Below, one piece after another: positions 22,830 to 34,986 of a stretch of DNA of 64,000 nucleotides. A program made the translations under genes and the position numbers. The notes beneath the pieces were generated by a model, which was not told where the DNA came from, searched no databases, and saw only the letters and a program-made list of their open reading frames with translations. This DNA comes from Squalus acanthias. Its lineage: Eukaryota. Each line of letters begins with the position of its first letter. The stretch's first letter is position 1. The DNA is taken from positions 173,416,001 to 173,480,000 of the forward strand of contig CM059425.1 of assembly GCA_030390025.1 (NCBI GenBank), read 5' to 3'.

Positions 22830-23600
22830 GCTGGATCCTCCCCAACATCTTGCACCTAGGCCCTAGCCCAGTTTCTCACCTGCTCTAAACATGAACCCTT
22901 CTCTCTACAGCTTGTCCCCATCTTCCTCCTGCCTTCTTCAAGATCATCTTGTTTTGAGACCAATGCCTGCTTCCTCGATTGCCTTCCTACTCAATTCTTG
23001 ACTACCCAACTCCCCCGTGTTAGCTGACATTGTCAGTGGTTCTCTCTCCTCAGGCACCATTCCTCTCCCCTTCAAAACAGTACAGCACATCCTCACCTTG
23101 CAATTATTGCCTCAATCTCAACCTGCCCTTTCCTCTCTAGGATCCTTGAAGTTGTTGTTGCCTCCCAGCTCCATGCCCTAATGAATGACATCTTTGTAAC
23201 TGTGAATATGGTGATTTATCCCTCTTCACCGTCCTTGACCTCTCCACAACTTTTCACGTAGTGAACTATGCCTTCAACATCTCTGCTCCATTGTCTAGCT
23301 TCATGGTTCAATTCCTAACTCTCTGATTTTAGCTTGTGCATCTCTAGCATTGGCTTCTCTTCCCTCCTCTGCGCTGTAAAGATTACAGTCTCCCAAGGTC
23401 CATCCGCCTCTTTATCTACATGTTGCCCTTTGGTGGACATCATCCACAAACTTGGGATCAGCTTCCATATGTACACCAATAATGCCCAGCTTCACTTCTC
23501 CAGCACCTCTCTCAATCCTTCGACTGTCTCTTTGTTATCAGACTGATTGTCCAATGTCCATTCTCGGATGAGTCATAACTTCCTTCAACATTGGGAAGAC
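22830..23600 (+). mobile_element. Highly decayed L2-like LINE RT remnant
   Basis: C/T-rich strand with remnants such as VSQG, IIHKLGISFHMYTNNAQLHFS and nIGKT; no intact ORF. Confidence 0.55.
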
Positions 23601-23612
23601 CATAGAAACATA

Positions 23613-24461
23613 GGGGGAAAAATTCAGTTGGTTGCGCCTCCCGTTAGCACCTTAAGAGGGCGCTAATGGGGCGCAAAGCAACTAGCGCCCGGGCGCAGCG
23701 ATGTTTGCACCATCGCGAAATTAGCTAGACATTTTGCGGCGGCACTAAACTCTACCGCCACAATCTCCTGCGCCGGCAGATCGTGACGTCAGTCGAGTGC
23801 GTAGCACCCCGGAGCGGATATTGAGTGGCGCCCCCTGCCTTACCGCCTGCCGCTAGCAACGACAGGTTGAGGGGAGCGTTTTGCAGTCAGGAAGGGACTG
23901 GGGGAGCGCTATTTAAAGGCGACCGCTTCCTGCCTTTTATTGTTGGTGACATTTTTGAACCATGCATTCTGAGAGAGAGAGAGAGAGACTTCTGGAGAGA
24001 TTCAACGCTGTATGAAGGAGTTTTGGGTACTGAGCAGCACTTTGCAGGTTCATTTTGATTTGCCCTTCCTTGTATCGATTATGAAGAGACTGCGGGGGCT
24101 GCACTCTGAGCTCTTTCCCTGGATCTCTCCATTGTTCTTTCCAGCAGATTTGATGTACAGGTCTCTCCAGGCCGAGATTCAAGGCTGCAATGAGCAGGAT
24201 GTGGATGGAAAGCAAGATCAACCCTCCCCTTTAAGAACTGGCTGACATCACATGAGCTTCGCCAGCGCTCTGAGGTAGCGCCTCACTCCTCGGCCTTTGC
24301 GCCTTAAGACAGGTGTGAGGCGCCTGATTTAGCGCTCCAATCACCTCCGGGGGCGATAAAAGCCAAGTTTGCAGTCGGTGGCGATAATTAGCGCCAGGCG
24401 CTAATCTTTGCGCCCGGCCGATAATTGCGCCCCAAATGGGGCGATACTGAATTTCTCCCCC
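23613..24461. mobile_element. Harbinger MITE-A (non-coding deletion derivative retaining both ends)
   Basis: TIRs GGGGGAAAAATT / AATTTCTCCCCC; both halves are homologous to the ends of 5773-9966; flanks ATA/TAT do not match. Confidence 0.92.
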
Positions 24462-24469
24462 TATGACTC

Positions 24470-26340
24470 TAGTGCGGTTGATGTTCTGTATATAGACTTT
24501 TAAAAGGCATTTGAGAAAGTGCCACATAATAGACTTATTAGCAAAATTGAAGACCATGGGATTAAAGGGCAGTGGTAGGGTGGATACGAAATGGGCTAAG
24601 AGACAGAAAGCAGAGTGTAGTGGTGAATGGTTGTTTTTCAGACTGGAGGGAACTGTACAGTGATGTTCCCCAGGGTCGGTATTAGGACCACTGCTCTTTT
24701 TGATATATATTGGCCCGTAATTTCCGATAGGAGGCTTCCTGCGTGCGGATGCCTCCTATCGGAAAAAAATCTACCCTCTTACCTGAGGGCTCCCGAGGTC
24801 CGGACACTTCCGATGCTGGGCCTCTCCACAGTCGAAATGCGCAGGGCCCACGTATCCCAGGGGCGCATGCAGTTCGCATTGAATCACGTGGACCAGGCCA
24901 GCCAATAGGAGAAGGGAATCTCCCTTCATACATTTTGACAGACCCATCAAAAGTATGAATGGAGATCACCCCAAAAAGACACTAAAACATTAAATAAATT
25001 TTAAAAAACCATCATGTTTTTAAAATGAGTAAAAATTAAATTAAATATTTTAAACAAAAATTTAATTTTTTGAAAAAAATAATTGAAGTTTTTTACGGGG
25101 CTAAAAATAAACTTACCGTTTTTAAAAGTATTCTTAAATTATAAATGAGTGAAAAAAATTTTTTTTTTTTTACTTTTTTAATCTCTTATGCTGGTAAAAA
25201 TAGGCCTTACGCCTGCTTTTACCAGGCGTAAGATTTCTAAGGGTTTTCAGCGGGTGGAGGTTCTGCAGAAAGCAAAACTCTCCACCCGCAGAGGCCCTTC
25301 TCCGGGGCAGGCGTCCAATCTGTCAAGAGCATTCTTGACAGATCGGAAATGCCAGTTTTCAGCACATGCGCTTCGCATGCCTGAAACCGGCATTTCTGAT
25401 GTCCCTACGGCTGTGTACACAGCTCGTACACACCCGTAGGCATCGGAAAGTACGGGCCATTAATAATCTGGAATTGGGTATACAAGGCATAATTTCAAAG
25501 TTTGAAGATGACACAAAACTCAGGAAATGTAGTAAACAGTGAGGAGGACAGTAACAGACTTCAGGAGGACATAGACTGGTGAAATGGGCAGACACGTGGC
25601 AGATGCAATTTAACGCAGGGATGTGGGAATTGATGCATTTTGGTAGGAAGAATGAGGAAAGGCAATATAAACTAAATGGTACAATTTTAAAGGGGGTGCA
25701 GGAACAGAGAGACTTGGGGTTGTACGTAGACAAATCTTTGAAGGTGGCAGGACAAGTTGAGAAGGCTGTTAAAAGCACACTGTATAAACAGAGGCATAGA
25801 GTACAAAAGCAATGAAGTTATGTTAAAACATTATAAATCACTGGTTAGGCCCCAGCTGTATTGTGTCGAATTCTGGGCACCACACTTTAGGAAGGATTTC
25901 AAGGCCTCAAAGAGGGTGCAGAGGGGATTTACTAGAATAGTACCAGGGATGCAGAACTTCAGTTATTAGAGAAGCTGGGGTTGCTCTCCTTAGAGCAGAG
26001 AATGTTAAGGGGAGATTTAATAGAAGTGGTCAAAATTATGAGGGGTTTTGATAGAGTAAATAAAGCGAATCTGTTTCCAGTGGCAGAAGGGTCGGTAACC
26101 AAAGGACACAGATTTAATTTAATTGGCAAAAGAACCAGAGACGAGATGAGGAGAATTTCTTTTGCACAGCGGGTTATGTTCTCGAATACACTGCCTGAAA
26201 GGCTGGTAGAAGCAGATTCAATCATAACTTTCAAAAGGGAATTGGATAAATACTTGAAGGTGAAATATTTACAGGGCAATGAGGAAAGGGCAGGGGAATG
26301 GGACTAATTGCATAGTTTTTCCAAAGAGCCGGCACAGGCA
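24470..26340 (+). mobile_element. 5'-truncated degenerate CR1 interrupted by MITE-C
   Basis: RT remnants; ttgatatatatt|...|attaataatctgg restores LIYINxL. Confidence 0.85.
24712..25458. mobile_element. MITE-C (Harbinger/Tourist-type)
   Basis: 17-bp TIR ggcccgta(a/c)tttccgat (16/17), 3-bp TSD ATT, AT-rich centre. Confidence 0.9.
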
Positions 26341-27334
26341 AATGGTTATATCATTCTATCATTGTATGATGTTGAACTACATAACCAAAACAGAGGAAGT
26401 AGTGATCAAACTGTATAGTATTGTAAACAGCACACCTTCTAAACTGTGTCCAGCTCTGGTCACCAAGAAACATTCAAATGCTGGAGGCGTGCAGAGAAGA
26501 ACCATGAAGCTGATCCCCAGCATCAGGGGTCTGAGTTATCAGGAACGAATGGAAAGAAAGCAACTGAGAGTTGATCTTTTAGAGCTATATATAAATGTTA
26601 CGGTGTAGATAAAGTTAACCCAGAAATTTACTTTCAATTAAACGATGGGCCTGGAACTAGTGGACATGGGTTCAATCTAGAGAAGGGTAATTTAGAACAG
26701 ATATCAGGAATTTTTTGTTCACATAATGAGTGTTCAACATCTGAACTAAACTTTAAGTTAGAATAGTGGAGGCAAAAAGCCTGGAATCATTTAAGGTGCA
26801 TTATTCTTTTAAATCAGAGGTCCTTCAAGACTAGCAATAGCCCTTGTGCCAGATAATGTGAGTTGGCAGAGTGGTTTTGAGTAAAGAAAATGCTTGAGTG
26901 TTTGCAGAGGTTGCCCTTAACAGAAGTGAGTTTTCCAAACACCCAGATGCTGGGTGGGAACTGAACATGCTGATGAGGTCCAGTGGCTAAAATCGTCATG
27001 GGCTCTTGCTGCTGCCGGGCAGGCAGAAAATTAACCACCGGAAACCCACTGGGAATTAAAATCCATCCCACAGTGTTAAAATAGGGACTAAAAAGAGGTC
27101 ATATTTGAGTTAGTATTTGGCAATAAGATCAAAATGGGGAAAATAGAGAAGTAGGACATCACTGGAACACAAGTGATCATACTGGATTGAAGTGAATGGT
27201 GCTAAAATGAATGTACCAGGGAAGCTTTAAAACCAGCAGGTTTAAGTAGAGAGAATAACTTGGGGAAATATTAGAGAGAAATACTGAATGACAATGGAAT
27301 GCTTTTAAAGATTTTTGTAGAGGATGCCATTTAA

Positions 27335-28509
27335 AACTCTTCTTCTTTTCCCCCATCACTCCCCTCCTCCAGAACTTCAGGGATAGGCTGGGCTGCTGGC
27401 AGTTCTTGGGTATCTGAAAGGAGAAATGCACAAGGGTCGGGTTGTGGTGAGGGGAGCGGGTGGAAAGCAAGATATCCATGCTTACACCATCAGCAGCTTG
27501 TAAGTGAGAAGAGATTGTGGGATGAGGGGGAAGTGGGATGTGAGAAGTAGAATTAGGTATGAGCATACCATCATCATCAGCAATGCTTTCCACTTCTCCA
27601 CTTGCCATGGACTCTGTGACGGCCCCTCCAATTATTTTGAGCACTGTGTCCTCCAGGTTCATGATGTTCTCAATTCTGGCTTGCCCTCCACCCATCTACT
27701 GGTGTTCCTGGCAGTAATGTGCCACCTTGGCCTGCAAGTGAAAGGGAAGTATGTCAGTGAGTGTAGTGCAATGTAGTTGGGTGATGTGCCTGCCATGGTT
27801 GAATAGCTGGCAGTGTTTGCAAGGTGTGAGATGTGGGTGTGAGTCTTGCTGCAGTGGTAAGTGTGTGAGGGTGCAGTGAAGCTATGATTGTGAGGTTTGA
27901 GTGGTGATTGCTAGAGATTGTTGATAAGTGAGTGATGGGGGTGTGATGCATTGAGCCGTGTGTGAGGCTTGTGGTGCAGAGAGTGGGATATGGCATTTGA
28001 TGATGCATTCACTCACCTTGACCGCTCGTGTGAGGCCATTAAACTTTTTGCAGCATGGCTAGAGCAATCTTCTCCCAGAGCCCTCTGGTGCTCAGCCTTG
28101 AAGTCCTCCTTCCCCCTGCGGGTAGTGGACCTCACAATGTCTTTGGACCCCCAGTACCAAGGCCTCCAGTGCTGTATCGGAAACTCTTCTTGCCCTTTCT
28201 CTCAGCCGTTGGGCCCTGGCTATGTTCAGACTGACAATGAGGTGCTTCTGCAACAAAGCACCTCCCGTTTAATTAGTGCAGAGAGCCCCGGCCAAACTTT
28301 ATTGGCCAGTAGACTGCACCCGATATTGGCCTCCTGTTGAGCGCTAAGCCAATCAGCAGCGCGTTTAGTGCTGAGATCAGCACTGCAACCATATAAATGA
28401 ACAGGCAGCATGAATTTTGGGTGCTGCCTGCATCACTTTGAACGACCGCAGGCAAATAGCGCTGTGCGATGCCCCCGCTCGTCTTCGCGCCGTATCCAAT
28501 TTCTAGGCC
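27335..28509 (-). mobile_element. Old Harbinger end with Myb/SANT pseudogene
   Basis: TIR remnant AATTTCTAGGCC ending 28509; exon 1 ends KKFNGLTRAVK|gtgagt; 163-nt exon 2 at 27731-27569; exon 3 starts 27413. Confidence 0.75.
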
Positions 28510-28511
28510 TA

Positions 28512-28838
28512 AAACTTGTTGCTGTTCATCCAATGATCCTGTCACTATCCTATTCTCCTCTTTCATAATACGTTTTAATGGCTTTTGCATGGCTTTATCA
28601 TGTTCCACATGCTTTCTATATCTATCCTGTTCCAAGCGGCCGTCTCTGTTGTAGCCCCGATACCCAACCAATCAGTTCTATCCAGTTTCCCTCTCTGTCT
28701 ACTGGGGTGCGTGGTGTTAGCCCTCGGAGCTGCATCTATATCTCGACCTGAATTTCTCTCTGTAAACTGTCTAAGTTTTTCGGACATTACCTGTTGGTAA
28801 AATCTCTCATATGTTTTATTACACAATCCTGATAGCAA
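28512..28838 (-). pseudogene. Possible retroviral env remnant (cleavage site and fusion-peptide-like segment)
   Basis: SRQRG-KLDRTDWLGIGATxETAAWNRIDxE followed by a helical segment; uninterrupted in the duplicate copy (38040-38367). Confidence 0.35.
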
Positions 28839-29345
28839 AGCAATTTTTGAAAATCAAACAGAGCAGTGAAGATTTCAAATCTCCTATCGTTGTATGAGGT
28901 CTGATTGCAAGCATAAAATATATAATCGCTTGACTAAAGCGCTGCTACAATATCAGTAAATAATTTATTTTAAAGAATAATCCCTTTAACTGAGACACAC
29001 CCTGGAAAAAAAATGCTAGACTAGCTCTCCTAAGATTTCCCTTTCTCTCCCTCCCTCCTGGACCTGGCTAGCAGCCAGCAAAACACGAGAGACTACAGCT
29101 CTCTCTCTCTCTCTTTTGGAGCTGGTAATCAACAGCGTGTTTTGAAATGAACCCTTTCAATCCCACACACAGATGTACGTAGGGAATTTCCAACTCCAAA
29201 TCCTTCGCTTTGTGTTTTTAATGGTTTTCACCTATTCACTTATTCCCTCAGGTAAGGAGGGTTCAGAATGTTGGAACTCCCATCATCCTTTAATCAAAGC
29301 AGCCAATTCCAAGCTCTAGGTATTCTGTGTCAGTCTCTTAATTAA

Positions 29346-29531
29346 TCATTTGAACCAACACACTGTACCAATTAGAACTATGAGGGCAATTATCTGGGCT
29401 ATGACAAAACCGATTGATATTATTCTAGCCCATAGGTGCTGCTCTGTGTTGTAAACCATCTCCCACCATGCATGATTCCCAAGGGTAGATGTTCCCTTTT
29501 TAATGTCAGCTTTACGGTGTTTCATATGCAT
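29346..29531 (-). pseudogene. Possible env membrane-proximal and transmembrane remnant
   Basis: HAWWEMVY...HLWARIISIGFVIAQIIALIVLIGTVCWFK: Trp-rich segment followed by a hydrophobic helix. Confidence 0.35.
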
Positions 29532-29569
29532 GTCAGTCTTTCAATATTAGAGATTTTAAACTACATATT

Positions 29570-30293
29570 GGCCCGGAATTGGCCTCTGAAATGGACCACA
29601 ACTTCAGAATTTAGCGCATGTGCATCTAAATGCGGAAATCCTGAAATTGTGGTCAGCCATTCACTGCTCCGACACTGGCTGCGCTGTGGACCCCACCCCC
29701 CCGGCCGGCAATCAGTCTAATCAGCAAAATCAGTGAAACTGATGAAAACTCAGGCTTTTCCACAGTAATATCGCTGTTAAATGCCAAATTAAAAGTTAAG
29801 CCTTGTTGGACTAGGTGTAACTGGGGTTTTAACAGCTTATTGACTGGTAAACAAATGTTCTGGTCCTGAAAATCTAATTTTTCTATTTGTGTAGTGTCAA
29901 ATTTCTCCACTATGATAGAAATTACAATTTTTTTTTTTAATTACATTTTTTTAATAGTTTGTTTGTGATATTTCACCTTCTACCTTATCCCCATGGTGAA
30001 ATTCCCAATCTTTATTTCGCTCTCTGTAACATTTTTCAAAAGTGCGGATAAAAGCAGCTTCTCAGTTCCTGGTTTCCTGTCTGTGAGAATTCTTCAATGT
30101 GATTGGCTGCTAGATAGCTTGTTGACGTCACTGCAGCATCGCCATAGGAATCCACTATTCACAGTGCTGCAATCAATTACATGTCAAAAACTACAAACTT
30201 CACGCCACAGGGATCGCGAGATCTCTGTGGGCAGCTTTCTTCGGGGCCAGTGGCGAGCGACTTTGCTTCGCCGCTGACCACAAAGTACTGGCC
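29570..30293. mobile_element. MITE-D (older Harbinger-type)
   Basis: Ends ggcccggaattg / caaagtactggcc resemble MITE-C TIRs; AT-rich centre; flanks ATT/AAT. Confidence 0.6.
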
Positions 30294-30874
30294 AATATCT
30301 TTAAAACATAGACTAAATGTTCCCACTTGGTCCAAGTTATTAACACATTTTGTTTGTTTATTTTACTTAACCAAAACTCTTCTTGGACCTTTTATTTCTC
30401 AAAATAACCCACTATGTTGAATCTGAGTCCATTTTATCATTTCAAAATTAACCCAAATCCAAAGAGCGGTATTGTTAGACTGACAGGACTTGTCAATGTT
30501 CAATCTTATTCCCCCCAAAAGCTTTCTTCCTTGATACATTATTGCCTTAAACCTCAGATACATTTTCCCTTTTCGACTGCTTGAAACAGCAACTCATGTC
30601 AATTTATCTTATCAATTCCAATTCCAGAAACAAATGATGCGCAGGTTGGTTTTTCAGTAGAAATAGAAATGCTTGCAATTACTTTTGGAGGTAACTCCAA
30701 TATCTCTCCCCCCGCCCCCCGCCACACGCCAACCCACCACCCCAAACTTAAACTTAAAATTCAATAATGCCGAACATATGGTTACATTCAGCATTGCAAA
30801 AGTTGTTGCTGGGTGAATTAAAACAGCTGTCAGTGGAAAGAGATAACAGAGATAATGATCTAGATAAGGGAACT

Positions 30875-32520
30875 ACATAAGAACATAAGAACACAAGAAG
30901 TAGGAGCAGGACCAGGCCACTCGGCCCCTGGGCCCGCTCCGCCACCCACAGGGCCTTGACCGATCCGAACTCAAACTCATGTCCAATTTCCAGCCCGCTC
31001 CACGTAACCCCTGATTCCCTTTACTTCTAGGAAACGGTCTATTTCTGTTTTAAATTTATTTAATGAAGTAGCTTCCACAGCTTCCTGGGGTAGCAAATTC
31101 CACAGACCCACTACCCTCTGAGTGAAAATGTTTCTCCTCATCTCAGTTTTGAAAGAGGAGCCCCTTATTCTAAGATTATGTCCCCTAGTTCTAGTTTCAC
31201 CCATGATTGGGAACATCCTCACCGCGTCCACCCGATCAAGCCCCTTCACAATCTTATATGTTTCAATAAGATCGCCTCTCATTCTTCTGAACTCCAATGA
31301 GTCGAGTCCCAATCTACTCAACCTCTCCTCGTATGTCCACCCCCTCATCCCCGGAATTAACCGAGTGAACCTTCTTTGTACTGCCTCGAGAGCAAGTATG
31401 TCTTTTCTTAAGTATGGACACCAAAACTGTATGCAGTACTCCAGGTGCGGTCTCACCAATACCCTATACAACTGCAGCAATACCTCCCTGTTTTTATATT
31501 CTATCCCCCTAGCAATAAAAGCCAACATTCCATTGGCTTTCTTGATCACCTGCTGCACCTGCATACTAACTTTTTGATTTTCTTGCACCAAGACCCCCAG
31601 ATCCCTTTGTACTGCAGTACTTTCCAGTTTCTCGCCATTAAGATAATAACTTGTTCTCTGATTTTTCCTGCCAAAGTGCATAACCTCACATTTTCCAATA
31701 TTGTATTGCATCTGCCAAATCTCTGCCCACTCACCCAGCCTGTAGGTTTTTTATGTCCTCCTCACTCTCTACTTTCCCTCCCATCTTTGTATCATCTGCA
31801 AACTTTGATATGTTACACTCGGTCCCCTCCTCCAAATCGTTAATATAGATTGTAAAGAGTTGGGGACCCAGCACCGACCCCTGCGGAACACCACTGGCAA
31901 CTGGATGCCAGCTCGAGAATGAACCATTTATCCCAACTCTCTGCTTCCTGTTAGATAACCAATCCTCCACCCATGCCAGATTATTACCCCCAATCCAGTG
32001 ATTTTTTATCTTGAGTAATAATCTTTTATGTGGCACCTTGTCGAATGCCTTCTGGAAGTCTAAATACACTACATCCACTGGTTCCCCTTTATCCACCCTG
32101 TACGTTATGTCCTCAAAGAACTCGAGCAAATTTGTCAGACATGACTTCCCCTTCATAAAGCCATGCTGACTTTGTCCTATTAAATTATGTTTATCTAAAT
32201 GTTCCGTTACTGTCTCCTTAATAATAGACTCCAAAATTTTACCCACCACAGATGTTAGGCTAACTGGTCTATAATTTCCAGCCTTCTGCCTACAACCCTT
32301 TTTAAATAAGGGTGTTACATTAGCAGTTTTCCAATCTGCCGGGACCTTTGCTGAGTTCAGGGAGTTTTGGAAAATTATTACCAAAGCATCCACAATTCCT
32401 ACTGCCACTTCCCTCAAGACCCTAGGATGTAAGCCATCAGGTCCAGGGGATTTATCCGCCTTGAGTCCCATTATTTTACTGAGTACCAATTCCTTAGTGA
32501 TTTTAATCGTATTTAGCTCC
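30875..32520 (-). mobile_element. 5'-truncated CR1 (duplicate of 40411-42170 with 100-bp and 14-bp deletions)
   Basis: ORFs 31731-32489 and 30977-31711; (cataagaa)n tail. Confidence 0.93.
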
Positions 32521-33142
32521 TAAATGTAATATCTCCAAGTTTGCAGATGACACAAAGCTGGGTGGGCGTGTGTGCTGCGAGGAGGATACCGAGAAACTCC
32601 AGGATGATTTGGACAGGTTGGGTGAGTGGGCAGAAGCGTGGCAGATGCAATATAATGTGGATAAATGCGAGGTTATCCACTTTGGTGTCAAAAACAGAAA
32701 GGCAGACTATTATCTGAATGGCAATAGATTGGGAGAAGGGGAAGTGCAACGAGACCTGGGTGTCCTTGTGCACCAGTCGCTGAAGTTAAGCATGCAGGTG
32801 CAGCAGGCGGTGAAGAAGGCAAATGGTATGTTGGCCTTCATAGCGAAAGAAACATAGAAACATAGAAACATAGAAACTAGGAGCTTCTCTTCCCTCCTCT
32901 GCGCTGTAAAGATTATAGTCTCCCAAGGTCCATCCGCCTCTTTATCTACATGTTGCCCTTTGGTGGACATCATCCACAACCTTGGGATCAGCTTCCATAT
33001 GTACACCAATAATGCCCAGCTTCACTTCTCCAGCACCTCTCTCAATCCTTCGACTGTCTCTTTGTTATCAGACTGATTGTCCAATGTCCATTCTCGGATG
33101 AGTCATAACTTCCTTCAACATTGGGAAGACCATAGAAACATA

Positions 33143-33991
33143 GGGGGAAAAATTCAGTTGGTTGCGCCTCCCGTTAGCACCTTAAGAGGGCGCTAATGGG
33201 GCGCAAAGCAACTAGCGCCCGGGCGCAGCGATGTTTGCACCATCGCGAAATTAGCTAGACATTTTGCGGCGGCACTAAACTCTACCGCCACAATCTCCTG
33301 CGCCGGCAGATCGTGACGTCAGTCGAGTGCGTAGCACCCCGGAGCGGATATTGAGTGGCGCCCCCTGCCTTACCGCCTGCCGCTAGCAACGACAGGTTGA
33401 GGGGAGCGTTTTGCAGTCAGGAAGGGACTGGGGGAGCGCTATTTAAAGGCGACCGCTTCCTGCCTTTTATTGTTGGTGACATTTTTGAACCATGCATTCT
33501 GAGAGAGAGAGAGAGAGACTTCTGGAGAGATTCAACGCTGTATGAAGGAGTTTTGGGTACTGTGCAGCACTTTGCAGGTTCATTTTGATTTGCCCTTCCT
33601 TGTATCGATTTAGAAGAGACTGTGGGGGCTGCACTCTGAGCTCTTTCCCTGGATCTCTCCATTGTTCTTTCCAGCAGATTTGATGTACAGGTCTCTCCAG
33701 GCCGAGATTCAAGGCTGCAATGAGCAGGATGTGGATGGAAAGCAAGATCAACCCTCCCCTTTAAGAACTGGCTGACATCACATGAGCTTCGCCAGCGCTC
33801 TGAGGTAGCGCCTCACTCCTCGGCCTTTGCGCCTTAAGACAGGTGTGAGGCGCCTGATTTAGCGCTCCAATCACCTCCGGGGGCGATAAAAGCCAAGTTT
33901 GCAGTCGGTGGCGATAATTAGCACCAGGCGCTAATCTTTGCGCCCGGCCGATAATTGCGCCCCAAATGGGGCGATACTGAATTTCTCCCCC
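33143..33991. mobile_element. Harbinger MITE-A (duplicated copy)
   Basis: Same TIRs and flanks as 23613-24461. Confidence 0.92.
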
Positions 33992-34241
33992 TATGACTCT
34001 AGTGCGGTTGATGTTCTGTATATAGACTTTTAAAAGGCATTTGAGAAAGTGCCACATAATAGACTTATTAGCAAAATTGAAGACCATGGGATTAAAGGGC
34101 ACTGTTAGGGTGGATACGAAATGGGCTAAGAGACAGAAAGCAGAGTGTAGTGGTGAATGGTTGTTTTTCAGACTGGAGGGAACTGTACAGTGATGTTCCC
34201 CAGGGTCGGTATTAGGACCACTGCTCTTTTTGATATATATT

Positions 34242-34986
34242 GGCCCGTAATTTCCGATAGGAGGCTTCCTGCGTGCGGATGCCTCCTATCGGAAAAAAAT
34301 CTACCCTCTTACCTGAGGGCTCCCGAGGTCCGGACACTTCCGATGCTGGGCCTCTCCACAGTCGAAATGCGCAGGGCCCACGTATCCCAGGGGCGCATGC
34401 AGTTCGCATTGAATCACGTGGACCAGGCCAGCCAATAGGAGAAGGGAATCTCCCTTCATACATTTTGACAGACCCATCAAAAGTATGAATGGAGATCACC
34501 CCAAAAAGACACTAAAACATTAAATAAATTTAAAAAACCTTCATGTTTTTAAAATGAGTAAAAATTAAATTAAATATTTTAAACAAAAATTTAATTTTTT
34601 GAAAAAAATAATTGAAGTTTTTTACGGGGCTAAAAATAAACTTACCGTTTTTAAAAGTATTCTTAAATTATAAATGAGTGAAAAAAATTTTTTTTTTTTA
34701 CTTTTTTAATCTCTTATGCTGGTAAAAATAGGCCTTACGCCTGCTTTTACCAGGCGTAAGATTTCTAAGGGTTTTCAGCGGGTGGAGGTTCTGCAGAAAG
34801 CAAAACTCTCCACCCGCAGAGGCCCTTCTCCGGGGCAGGCGTCCAATCTGTCAAGAGCATTCTTGACAGATCGGAAATGCCAGTTTTCAGCACATGCGCT
34901 TCGCATGCCTGAAACCGGCATTTCTGATGTCCCTACGGCTGTGTACACAGCTCGTACACACCCGTAGGCATCGGAAAGTACGGGCC
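34242..34986. mobile_element. MITE-C (duplicated copy)
   Basis: Same TIRs and ATT TSD as 24712-25458. Confidence 0.9.

Larger units (their letters stand above)
23353..32849 (+). repeat. Tandem segmental duplication, copy 1 (~9.5 kb)
   Basis: Near-identical to 32883-42499 at offsets 9528-9650; the ORF track repeats. Confidence 0.97.
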
